Assembly: GCA_051546255.1 (NCBI GenBank)
Contig: CP128815.1
Span: forward strand, 1,116,001 to 1,180,000
Origin: Meyerozyma guilliermondii
Taxonomy: Eukaryota
Direction: 5' to 3'
DNA length: 64,000 nt
Positions within the stretch are counted from its first letter, which is position 1, and every line of letters begins with the position of its first letter. A program made the position numbers and the translations under genes. Shown one piece after another: positions 21,333 to 31,030 of the stretch. The notes beneath the pieces are model-generated. The model had not been told where the DNA came from, did no database searches, and was given only the letters and a program-made list of their open reading frames with translations.

Positions 21333-24300
21333 ATGTCGAATCTCTATAAGCTTTCGATACAAGGAGTACGATCATTCGACTCTGAATCAAGTGAAACCAT
21401 AGAGTTTGGGTTTCCGCTAACCTTGATATGTGGTCAAAATGGGTGTGGAAAAACCACCATCATCGAGTGCTTAAAGTATGCCACTACTGGTGATTTGCCT
21501 CCCAATTCTAAAGGGGGAACGTTTGTGAATGATCCCAGCATTGCTGCTAGAAACACAGTAAATGCCCAAGTAAAATTGGCGTTTCAAAATGTTAATGGAA
21601 AGTCAATGATCTGTACTAGGACCATGCAATTGACCAAGAAACGAGGCAAAGGAGTTGCTTCCAACACGTTCAAAACACTCGAGGGGCAATTGAGTATCAT
21701 GGACCAGGGACAGAAGTCTACGATAAGTACAAAAAATGCAGAATTGGACTCGCAAATTCCAGTTTATTTGGGTGCTTCTAGAGCCATTCTCGACTATGTC
21801 ATATTTTGTCACCAGGACGATAGTTTATGGCCATTGAGTGAAGCCTCAGTATTGAAGAAACGGTTCGATGATATCTTTGAGGCACTGAAATTCACAAAAG
21901 TGCTCGATAGCTTGAAAACTATCAAGAAGGATATGTCCAATGATATCAAACTCATTGACCAGAACGTACAGCATCTTCGTGTCGACAAGTCCAGGGCTGA
22001 TAAGATACGAAGTAAGGTTCAGTCAACTTCCGTTACGTGTGATGCCCTTTCTGAAGAAATTGCCAACTTGACGTCTACCATTGAGGAAAAGGAGCGAGAA
22101 GCAGAAGCATTATTCGTCTCGAACCAATCGTTTCAAGAAATTCTCAGTAGACATGAACAGCTTCAGTATTCACAAAAATCGTGCCAAGTCCAGCTTGAGC
22201 GTATAGTGAAGAACATTGAGATACTTCCTGATTCTGAAACAGTGTTAATGTCCAGACTTGATAATTTCGAATCTCACTTGCAAGAACGGCAAGCTGAAGC
22301 ATCAATGAAACACAACGAGTTGCGAGCTCTGGAGGAGAGATTGCAAAACTTGAGACTGGAACTCAACTCTTTGTCTCGAACAGAGGGATCACTAAAACTG
22401 AAGGAAGAGCTATACCACACGAACAAACAGAAATTGGTACAATTAATTGAAGAGAATCTGCTAGCCAAGGATCCGAAACCTAATGATATGAACTTTCAAA
22501 AAATAGTGGATGATCTTGACAATACTATCAAAAAGGCATCAAGTGCATATGAGCGACTCAAATCTTCAAATAAATTGTCTTACGAACAAGCTGCGAGTCG
22601 AGTTCATGAAATAAGCGAAACCATCACCAAGCTGGAGCAGCGGTACCAATATTACCAGCAAGACTTGCTGAATACTAGAAGTCAAATAAACGAGGGTCGC
22701 AAGAGATTAAACACACAGCAGCAACAAGAAGCAGAATTGGAGATTCATAAACGTGAATTAAAAGACCTTGAGGATAAATACGACCCTCAGAGCCATAACG
22801 ATGCCATAAAATCATTGGACTCGTTGATCGAGAATGAAAGGTCTCAACTTGCACAGTTAGAGTCTCAAAGTGATACTTTAGGAAGGAAAGTTGCGCAAGC
22901 GTCTAAGCAGTCAGACACCTTGTCAAAAGTTTCATTCATCAAGGAAGGTATAACTCGCAAGGAAGTAACATTAGCGGCTCATCTAAAGTCCTTAGGGTCT
23001 TTATTTGAGAAGATGATTGGAAAACAGTATGAAAATACAGGCAGTGACGAATTAGAGGCAGAGTTAACTAAGGCAGGTTCTCGCTTGGACCTCAAGTCGA
23101 GTGAACAAAAAAATTTCTCGAGACAAGTCGAATCATTGACGGTAAAATTGGAAAGCACGCAAGCGCAGATTACCGAAAACCTTGACAAAACAGCCAGCAT
23201 AAAAAATGACATTGTGAAAGTTATAGAAGAGGAAGAAATCGACTTTTATGAGCAGGTCATATCAGATCTCGAAGAAAATCATCGTGATGCTTTAGAGTCA
23301 TTGAATACCTTTGAAGTTACCAATCAGTTCAAAATCAAAGCAATCGAGATTGCCGAGTCCGAGAAATATTGCACATTGTGTCTTAGACATTTTGACTCCC
23401 CTGGACTCTCCAAATTTTTGACGGAGTTGAGGGCCAATGTAAAGAGCATGACTGCGGAAACATTAGAGAAGGAAGCAAAAGAAACAGCAAAAGAGCTTGA
23501 GCAAGCTAAAAACATCAACCCATTGATTTTAAAGTACCGTCAATGCAGGCAAGAATTACCTGAACTTGAAGCCAAGAAGACGAAGGAAACGCAGCAAATG
23601 AAAGATGCTGAGAAACTCAAGGCAAAAATTGACTCTGAATTGGAGTCATTACAAGGTGATGTGGATTCTCTTAAAGCATTGAGAACTCCACTCGCTGAGG
23701 TCTCTCGTATAAGAAAAGAGATCGAAGTCTCACAGAGAGAACTTTCTTCGTTGGAAGATTCATTGACAGATTATGGGTCTGTTACAGAACAGAGCCCAAT
23801 TGAATTACAAAGAGAAATGGACAGAATAAATCGGGAAATGAAAGCATTACGACAAAGTGTTAGTGATAATGTTGAGTCCAAGTATGTGAAGCAACGAGAA
23901 CTTGCGAGACTCGAAGGGAGAGTGAAAGATAAGAAACTAGCAATAAGTGTTCTTGAACGAGCTTTAATAGACCAGGAGCACGAAAAAGTTGCAATAGATG
24001 GCTATGAAGCTCAGGTGGTCGTCTTGCAACAAAGCATGACGGAAATAGAGCAAGAGTTGGGCATTCAACGAGAAAAGCGAAAGGAGGAAGAGGAAAACTT
24101 GAAACGTATAACGGTCGAAATCGAAAAGGTTGAGCAAGAAAAGGAAGCAGAGATTAATCGGAATCACAAATTAAAAGATCAAGTATCAGACTTGCTCCAA
24201 AACATAAAGGAGTTTGATGATGTTGACAGGGTGAAATTTGAGACTGTTAGTAACGATATTTCGACGATAAACTCCAACATCGAAAAGCTAGAGGTTGAGA

Positions 24301-25241
24301 TTCTGAAAATTCAGAAAGATATGAAGATGGTGGAAAAGAGTATTAACGAAGCCAATAACCTCAAAAGTCAGATTCGTGATAATCTTGATTATCGAAGGCT
24401 ACAAAATGAAATGAATGAGATTGAGAATCAAATAGGCATGCTTGACATTGAAGATGCTCAATCAAAACGAAACGAGTATAATGAAAGGACTAGAGAGATA
24501 CGACTAGAAATTACTAACCTCAACAGCGAACATGCGGGTAAGGTGGGTGAGGTTAAACAACTTCGAGATCAAATACGTACGATGAAAGAAGACTTGAATT
24601 CAGAGTATGTGGATGTTGATCAGAGATATCAGGCAGAATGGGTGAAATTGCAGACAAATATGTTAGCAACTAGCGACCTACAAACTTATTCAAAGGCCCT
24701 CGATAATGCAATTATGAAGTACCATACCCACAAGATGGAAAGCATAAACAGAATTCTTAACGAGCTATGGAAACAAACCTACAAAGGAACAGATGTGGAC
24801 ACTATTGCTATTAAAAGTGACATAAATTTGCAAGCCAAAGGAAACCGGTCATATAATTATAGAGTGGTGATGTACAAGCAAGATTGTGAGCTAGATATGA
24901 GAGGACGCTGCTCCGCAGGCCAGAAGGTGCTCACGAGCATATTGATTAGATTAGCACTTGCAGAATGCTTTGGATCCAATTGCGGAATAATAGCTCTTGA
25001 TGAACCAACCACCAACTTGGATGTGGAAAATACTGAGTCTTTGGCTCAATCTTTGAATAATATTATTGAATTTCGTCGTGGCCAGAAAAACTTTCAGTTG
25101 ATCGTTATCACACACGATGAGAAGTTTTTGAGCCACATTGGTGGTGAGCAATTCACAGACAACTTTTATCGGGTTCAAAGGGACGAAAATCAAAGGTCAA
25201 TTATTCGAAGTTTACCAATTAACTTTATCCTGGAAGAGTGA
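21333..25241 (+). CDS. RAD50: MRX complex SMC-like ATPase
   Basis: Walker A GQNGCGKTT, central CTLC zinc hook, signature CSAGQ, Walker B ALDEPTTNLD, ITHD. Confidence 0.97.
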   Translation: MSNLYKLSIQGVRSFDSESSETIEFGFPLTLICGQNGCGKTTIIECLKYATTGDLPPNSKGGTFVNDPSIAARNTVNAQVKLAFQNVNGKSMICTRTMQLTKKRGKGVASNTFKTLEGQLSIMDQGQKSTISTKNAELDSQIPVYLGASRAILDYVIFCHQDDSLWPLSEASVLKKRFDDIFEALKFTKVLDSLKTIKKDMSNDIKLIDQNVQHLRVDKSRADKIRSKVQSTSVTCDALSEEIANLTSTIEEKEREAEALFVSNQSFQEILSRHEQLQYSQKSCQVQLERIVKNIEILPDSETVLMSRLDNFESHLQERQAEASMKHNELRALEERLQNLRLELNSLSRTEGSLKLKEELYHTNKQKLVQLIEENLLAKDPKPNDMNFQKIVDDLDNTIKKASSAYERLKSSNKLSYEQAASRVHEISETITKLEQRYQYYQQDLLNTRSQINEGRKRLNTQQQQEAELEIHKRELKDLEDKYDPQSHNDAIKSLDSLIENERSQLAQLESQSDTLGRKVAQASKQSDTLSKVSFIKEGITRKEVTLAAHLKSLGSLFEKMIGKQYENTGSDELEAELTKAGSRLDLKSSEQKNFSRQVESLTVKLESTQAQITENLDKTASIKNDIVKVIEEEEIDFYEQVISDLEENHRDALESLNTFEVTNQFKIKAIEIAESEKYCTLCLRHFDSPGLSKFLTELRANVKSMTAETLEKEAKETAKELEQAKNINPLILKYRQCRQELPELEAKKTKETQQMKDAEKLKAKIDSELESLQGDVDSLKALRTPLAEVSRIRKEIEVSQRELSSLEDSLTDYGSVTEQSPIELQREMDRINREMKALRQSVSDNVESKYVKQRELARLEGRVKDKKLAISVLERALIDQEHEKVAIDGYEAQVVVLQQSMTEIEQELGIQREKRKEEEENLKRITVEIEKVEQEKEAEINRNHKLKDQVSDLLQNIKEFDDVDRVKFETVSNDISTINSNIEKLEVEILKIQKDMKMVEKSINEANNLKSQIRDNLDYRRLQNEMNEIENQIGMLDIEDAQSKRNEYNERTREIRLEITNLNSEHAGKVGEVKQLRDQIRTMKEDLNSEYVDVDQRYQAEWVKLQTNMLATSDLQTYSKALDNAIMKYHTHKMESINRILNELWKQTYKGTDVDTIAIKSDINLQAKGNRSYNYRVVMYKQDCELDMRGRCSAGQKVLTSILIRLALAECFGSNCGIIALDEPTTNLDVENTESLAQSLNNIIEFRRGQKNFQLIVITHDEKFLSHIGGEQFTDNFYRVQRDENQRSIIRSLPINFILEE

Positions 25242-26207
25242 GTTTAGAGTCCACACTGGCCTGAACTACGGCGTCTTTTTCCAACCACACTTTTTCCAAC
25301 CACCTTTCAAGCCTTGGTCGCTTGTACTTAAGCTTCTTTATTAAGTGCTGTTTGACATGCACCACAACCAAGGTTTCTGATTTGGCTGCAAATAAATCTA
25401 GTAATGTTGGATTGATGAGTGACACCGTCGAATCTTCATTTCGAGCAAAGTAACATATGGTAACGTTGTACATCTTGTTGAACTTATAGTCGCCAGAGAG
25501 TGCTGAAGATAAACTGAAGACCGACTGTGTTCGGGGGTATAGGAGATGCTGTAACTTTGGAAGGAAATACTTGTTTCCAAGGTAATCTTGGCGAGATTTA
25601 CTCTCGCTGTTGAAAATATTCACCTCGGGAAATATGACAATCCAATCATTTACAGAAGAGTTCAAAACAGATTTGAATATATGAACTCCGGCATTCAGAC
25701 TCAACTCCCAGTTTTCATCCAGTTTCGCCATATTTCGGATTGCTCTGGTAGAAGGAAGGGTCCATAGAGAAAACCAAGTGAAGAATGAAACTCTTGGTTT
25801 AGCCATGGTCTCGTCAGTCTCGTGTTGAGCCAAGTGTGCCAATACTACATGATCAAGTAATGAAGCATGATTGGAAATTATGATGGCTGATTCACTATCC
25901 ATCTTGTCGCCTGTAACTCGTATTCCAAATTTCGAAGATTTCTGCATTAGTAAGGAAGTTGCTGATTCTTGTTTGTACGTACCAAGAATGAAATAACAAG
26001 ATTCCAAAATATATTTTCCAAGCCGATAGTTACTCTTAATTTCGCTTCAGGGAAAGCTAGAAGAACAATTGAGAATACGTGAGTGAGTATTTTTATGCTC
26101 AAAAGAAAATAGATAAGCAATGATAGGTTGGCAACTGCTCTTAGTTGGCGTAGTAAACCCAAAGGGCTCAAATTCCACGACAATCCAATTTGACGTGTGA
26201 GTTCCAT
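25225..26207 (-). CDS. MUM3: Acyltransferase-family protein, Mum3-like, two exons
   Basis: Exon 1 26207-25983; 41-nt intron 25982-25942 (GTACGT...TACTAAT-GCAG); exon 2 25941-25225. NHASLLD and FPEVNI motifs; overlaps the RAD50 3' end by 17 bp. Confidence 0.78.
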
Positions 26208-26412
26208 CTGTACCCAAAATTTGCAGCCAAACGAACAAAGACTATGTATTGCTTTTCGAATCAGGTTTTTCTTTTAAATTATGTGATGTGACAAAATGTT
26301 ATCGCTTTTATCGTTTAAAGACCACTACTTGTATTCTTGGAGGTTTAATTCTGTGTCGCTCAAATGTATGATCGAGCACCAGACCTTATCGTGTGTCCTG
26401 CATTTGAGGTGC

Positions 26413-26437
26413 CTCATCTCTGAATTTTCTGATGAGC
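26413..26437 (+). promoter_or_regulatory. PAC/RRPE ribosome-biogenesis elements upstream of MRD1
   Basis: CTCATCTC-TGAATTTTC-T-GATGAGC just before ATG 26455. Confidence 0.6.
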
Positions 26438-26454
26438 ATCGCATTTCAAGCTTC

Positions 26455-28926
26455 ATGTCTAGAATCATTGTCAAGGGATTGCCCTCTTACTGTGACGAAG
26501 CCAAGCTTCGTGATCACTTTCTGAAGCAAGGAAATGTCACCGATGTCAAATTGATGAAAAAAAGAAACGGGGAGTCTCGACGCTTTGCGTTTGTAGGTTA
26601 CAAGTCGATCGATGACGCAGAAAAAGCAGCCAAATATTTTCACCAATCGTTTATGGACACGGCTAGGATACACGTGGAGTTAGCCAAGACATTTTCCGAT
26701 CCTACAGTACCATTATCGTTTAGAGAACAGCAAAGAATTAAACAAAATCGTCTTCAAGAACAGGAAGAACGTCTTCTGCAACAGCAGCTTTTCAAGAGAC
26801 AAAAGACAAAGTCCCAAATTGACAAGGAAATCGAGAACAACCCAAAACTTCAGGAGTTTATGGAAGTTATGAGACCATCGCATGAGGTCAAGTCATGGGC
26901 CAATGATGCGGTTTTCAATGAGGGTGGTGCTCCCTCTGCTAAGGAACTTGAAAGAGCTCTTGAGGCACAAGAAAAAGGGGACAATGTCTCCGTAAAGCCA
27001 AATAAGGTGCCTGATGTGGTCCATACGGAAGGGTCTAAGAGCGATGACGAGTATGATGATTTCCCTAAATTTGACGAGGTTGAAGATGATGAAGAAGACG
27101 AGGAAATGATTCCTTTGAATAATATTAACGACGACCAGCGTGAAGATAGTTCAGAAACAGCTGCAAACCAAGAGATGAGTGATCTTGATTGGCTCAGACA
27201 GAGGCAAACTAGAATCAAGGAAAATGGAGACAAGGCAGACCCCGCCAAAACCACGGAAGAGCCAGATACTGCCGATTCCAATATAGAAGTTCAAGAAACA
27301 AAGCAAGAAGAATCACCCAGTGAAAAGATTGCCAAGACCGGCCGTCTTTTTGTGAGGAATATTTTATATACTTCGACTGAAGAAGAGTTCCGTACTCTTT
27401 TCCAAAAATATGGTTCCCTTGAAGAAGTCCACATTGCTGTCGATACACGAACCGGCAAGTCTAAAGGGTTTGTCTACGTACAGTTCAAGCAGCCCAAGGA
27501 TGCTGTGGAAGCATACAAAAGTCTTGACAAGCAAATTTTCCAGGGCCGTTTATTGCATATATTACCTGCTGAAGCAAAGAAAGATCACCGATTAGACGAA
27601 TTCGACATCAAAAACTTGCCCTTGAAGAAACAAAGAGACTTGAAAAAGAAGGCACAGGCAGCCAAATCGCAGTTCAGCTGGAACTCATTGTATATGAATT
27701 CAGATGCTGTTTTGGAATCTGTCGCAGCCAAAATGGGAGTTTCAAAGTCGGACTTGATTGACGCCGAAAGTTCATCATCGGGTGTGAAGCAAGCATTAGC
27801 TGAAGCACATGTTATTGGCGATGTCAGGAAGTACTTTGAAAGCAAAGGTGTCGATTTGACTTCTTTCAGTAAGAAAGAACGTGATGACAAAATTGTCTTG
27901 GTGAAAAATTTCCCATATGGGACTGGTGTAAATGAGTTGAATGAGATGTTTGGACAATACGGTCCTATAAAACGAACATTGATGCCACCAGCCGGCACCA
28001 TTGCAGTGATAGAGTTCCAAGATGCACCTAGTGCCCGAGCAGCCTTCACAAAACTAGCATACAGAAAGTTCAACAATTCGATTCTTTACTTGGAGAAAGG
28101 TCCTAAGGGACTTTTCATTCGTGAACCAGTCACTTCTGAGGTGGTTGAAGTTGAGAAAGAAAAAGTGGAACAAGGCATTGAGCCTAAGGTCACGGCAAAC
28201 TCTCTTATCAGCAATGACGCTAAGGATGAAACTGAAATTGAGGGTCCTACTGTGTCAGTTTTCGTCAAAAACTTGAATTTTTCAACTACACAACCACAAT
28301 TAGCATCAGTATTTGAAAAGTTGCCTGGTTTTGCCCTGGCAATCATCAAAACTAAACCCGATCCAAAGAAGTCAGGCGCCACATTAAGTATGGGATTTGG
28401 GTTCGTGGAATTTAAATCAAAGGAAGAAGCTGAAGCTGCAATCTCTGCATTAAACGATTATGTCTTGGATGGACACAAGTTGCAACTCAAATTGTCGCAC
28501 AGACAAGGAGGTCAAAGCAAGGGAGGAGCTTCGAAAACCAACAAGACCAACAAGATCATCATCAAAAACTTGCCATTTGAAGCTACTCGCAAAGATGTGT
28601 TGGAATTATTTGGGGCATTTGGACAACTCAAGTCTGTCAGAGTGCCGAAAAAATTCGACAAATCGGCAAGAGGGTTTGCTTTCGTTGAGTTTGTGTTGCT
28701 CAAGGAAGCCGAAAATGCCATGGATCAACTTGAAGGAGTTCATTTATTAGGCAGAAGATTGGTAATGCAATACGCAGAAAAAGACGCTGAAGACGCAGAG
28801 GCAGAGATTGCGAAAATGACGAAAAAGGTGAAGAACCAAGTTGCTACTCAAGAGCTTGCGGCAGCCAGATTGGCAGGCAAGGGTAAGCGAAACATAGACT
28901 TGGATGAAGACGACGAAGAGATGTAA
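26455..28926 (+). CDS. MRD1: Multiple-RRM ribosome biogenesis protein
   Basis: MSRIIVKGLP start typical of Mrd1; five RRMs (RRFAFVGY, KGFVYVQF, MGFGFVEF, RGFAFVEF). The upstream in-frame extension from 26296 looks like promoter sequence. Confidence 0.93.
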   Translation: MSRIIVKGLPSYCDEAKLRDHFLKQGNVTDVKLMKKRNGESRRFAFVGYKSIDDAEKAAKYFHQSFMDTARIHVELAKTFSDPTVPLSFREQQRIKQNRLQEQEERLLQQQLFKRQKTKSQIDKEIENNPKLQEFMEVMRPSHEVKSWANDAVFNEGGAPSAKELERALEAQEKGDNVSVKPNKVPDVVHTEGSKSDDEYDDFPKFDEVEDDEEDEEMIPLNNINDDQREDSSETAANQEMSDLDWLRQRQTRIKENGDKADPAKTTEEPDTADSNIEVQETKQEESPSEKIAKTGRLFVRNILYTSTEEEFRTLFQKYGSLEEVHIAVDTRTGKSKGFVYVQFKQPKDAVEAYKSLDKQIFQGRLLHILPAEAKKDHRLDEFDIKNLPLKKQRDLKKKAQAAKSQFSWNSLYMNSDAVLESVAAKMGVSKSDLIDAESSSSGVKQALAEAHVIGDVRKYFESKGVDLTSFSKKERDDKIVLVKNFPYGTGVNELNEMFGQYGPIKRTLMPPAGTIAVIEFQDAPSARAAFTKLAYRKFNNSILYLEKGPKGLFIREPVTSEVVEVEKEKVEQGIEPKVTANSLISNDAKDETEIEGPTVSVFVKNLNFSTTQPQLASVFEKLPGFALAIIKTKPDPKKSGATLSMGFGFVEFKSKEEAEAAISALNDYVLDGHKLQLKLSHRQGGQSKGGASKTNKTNKIIIKNLPFEATRKDVLELFGAFGQLKSVRVPKKFDKSARGFAFVEFVLLKEAENAMDQLEGVHLLGRRLVMQYAEKDAEDAEAEIAKMTKKVKNQVATQELAAARLAGKGKRNIDLDEDDEEM

Positions 28927-29009
28927 TAGCATTAATAAACTAATTGGTTTGTATATAAGGTAGGCTCACAAGGTTTCGCAGTCAAAATTATTTGTTCCAA
29001 TTCCAAGTG

Positions 29010-29993
29010 ATGTTGAGGTTTGTGGGGTTTAATGTGGCCAATAATGGACGAAATTTGTTCTTTTCGAATCAGAGCTTGTTGTCCATGAAGCTCCAATCCA
29101 GACTTAGACTCGGGGCTGCTAAGAGTCGATTCATCCTGTCAAATTTATCGATTCTAGAAGCTGGGTTTGGTCCTCGGTGGCGCTATTATGAGCTCAAAAA
29201 AACAGTGATCAATAGTGTCAACCAAACAAAACGTTCTAGCACCTGGAAGAACTACAACCGACACTATGGCAGAACTAGAGCCCAAGCCTTGAAAAAACCA
29301 TTACTCTTTACCTTGGCATTTTGTGGAATAACCACCTTTGCAATGCCTTACTTGTATCAGTACACCCCATTAAAATTATACAAGAGAAACCCACAAGCTC
29401 TTATATACACCATTATAGCATTGAATGGTGCTGTTTTCTTGATGTGGAAACTGCCTCAGATGGTGAGGTACTTGACTAGGTATGGACTTTTGGTGAAAGA
29501 TAATGTGTCCAATTGGGCCATGGTTGGGTCGGCTTTCTCACATCAAAGCTTCAGCCATATACTTATCAATATGTTTGTGTTGCAGTCGTTTGGTAGCACT
29601 TTGGTATCGATGATTGGAGTGGAAAACTTTACCAGTTTGTACCTTAATTCGGCGGTGATTTCATCCTTTTTCTCAATCTTGATTCCAGTCTTGGCTAGAT
29701 CCTCGTTGCTGACTGCTTCTTTGGGTGCTTCTGGTGCGATCTTTAGTGTTGTTGGTGCCTTCTCATATCTTCTTCCGAAAGCACCACTTGCCTTCTTCTT
29801 CATTCCCGTACCTGGTGGTGCCTGGTTTTTGTTTTTGGGAACCATTGCCTATAATGCAGCAGGTATCGTTTTCAGATGGGGAGTACATGATTACGCTGCT
29901 CACTTGGGAGGCTCGGCAGCTGGAATTGCCTATGGATGGTACTACAACAAAAAGCGTAGAGAGGCAGTACGTCGCAGACGAATTGCATTCTAA
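29010..29993 (+). CDS. PCP1: Mitochondrial rhomboid protease
   Basis: SAFSHQSFSHILINM, catalytic LGASGA and AAHLGG; basic presequence. Start (29010 or a later ATG) is uncertain. Confidence 0.88.
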   Translation: MLRFVGFNVANNGRNLFFSNQSLLSMKLQSRLRLGAAKSRFILSNLSILEAGFGPRWRYYELKKTVINSVNQTKRSSTWKNYNRHYGRTRAQALKKPLLFTLAFCGITTFAMPYLYQYTPLKLYKRNPQALIYTIIALNGAVFLMWKLPQMVRYLTRYGLLVKDNVSNWAMVGSAFSHQSFSHILINMFVLQSFGSTLVSMIGVENFTSLYLNSAVISSFFSILIPVLARSSLLTASLGASGAIFSVVGAFSYLLPKAPLAFFFIPVPGGAWFLFLGTIAYNAAGIVFRWGVHDYAAHLGGSAAGIAYGWYYNKKRREAVRRRRIAF

Positions 29994-30003
29994 ATGTACA
30001 TAG

Positions 30004-30051
30004 ATTACTTGTAAGTAAACCATGAAGTATTACTTGTAAATAAACCATGAA
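30004..30051. repeat. 25-bp-period direct duplication in the PCP1/LOC1 shared terminator region
   Basis: ATTACTTGTAAGTAAACCATGAA (30004-30026) and ATTACTTGTAAATAAACCATGAA (30029-30051), 22/23 identical. Confidence 0.85.
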
Positions 30052-30057
30052 ATGGAT

Positions 30058-30660
30058 TTATGCAAAAGATACCTTCTTCTTTCTAGGCTCGTCACTTTCA
30101 GCCTCCTTGGCTGCCTCCTTGGCATTCTTCCTTCTGTTGGCTCGCGCCACAGATGCTTTATTCTTGAGTTCCTTCTTCTTGTCGTCAAGTTTATTTTTCT
30201 TTTGTTCTTCTTTCTTCTCCATTTCCCGACGTTTGACCTCTCTGATCTCTTCTAAACGACGACTCTTCTCCAACTTGCTTTCGTTCACCTTATCATATTT
30301 ATCATTAATTGACTTGACAAGTCTTTCCATCGTAAGATTATCATTGTCATCCACGAAAACCTTTCCTTTTTTACCCTTCTTAGCCTTTACCCCAGGAACC
30401 ACCGCTTTGTTCAAAACGGGTATTTGAAGCTCGGATTCTTTGTATTCTCTTCCATTCTTGGCGCCATACAATCTTACCTTGGCTTGCTGTTTTTTCACAG
30501 CGAGTTTCGATGGCTTTTTGACTTTCGATTTGGGAGTTAGTTTCGGTTGGTTTTCAAGAAGATTGCGTGCAGCAGAGTCTGTAAATACCTCCAGCTCCAC
30601 ATTACGCTTCTGGTTCTGTGTCTTGTTTCTTTTGGCCGTTTTGGACTGTCTGGTCGCCAT
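30058..30660 (-). CDS. LOC1: 60S assembly / ASH1 mRNA localization factor
   Basis: [54 protein letters not shown] element CTCATCGC at 30691-30698. Confidence 0.9.
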   Translation of the reverse strand: MATRQSKTAKRNKTQNQKRNVELEVFTDSAARNLLENQPKLTPKSKVKKPSKLAVKKQQAKVRLYGAKNGREYKESELQIPVLNKAVVPGVKAKKGKKGKVFVDDNDNLTMERLVKSINDKYDKVNESKLEKSRRLEEIREVKRREMEKKEEQKKNKLDDKKKELKNKASVARANRRKNAKEAAKEAESDEPRKKKVSFA

Positions 30661-30728
30661 TATTCAATTACCAAAGTCAAAAAAGACAACCTCATCGCAG
30701 CCATCGCGAAACTAAATCGATAAAAAAA

Positions 30729-30800
30729 TTCCGATACCGGGAGTCGAACCCGGGTCTGCTCGGTGAAAGCGAACCGTGCTAGCCGTTACACTATATCGGA
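30729..30800 (-). tRNA. tRNA-Glu(TTC)
   Basis: Reverse complement TCCGATATAGTGTAACGGCTAGCACGGTTCGCTTTCACCGAGCAGACCCGGGTTCGACTCCCGGTATCGGAA; anticodon loop CTTTCAC. Confidence 0.96.
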
Positions 30801-31030
30801 TAACTTCTATACTTCTAGGGTTCAGTGGACTATAGGCTTCTAATCAACAAATACTACCATAGATCATCATACTGGTTTCCAATTGTCACTACTGAACTTT
30901 TTTCCTCCTCTTCTTCTAATGCGTTTACTTAGTGCCATCCATGGCCTCGGTGATTTCCGCGGGTGCATGGGTGTAATTGATAAGAGGATGCGAAAAATGA
31001 AGGCTTCAGAATTTGGCTGTTAAACCTGGT

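Noticed and set aside
26296..26454. In-frame ATG extension of MRD1
   Set aside because: Covers PAC/RRPE promoter motifs in the divergent promoter; homology begins at MSRIIVKGLP.
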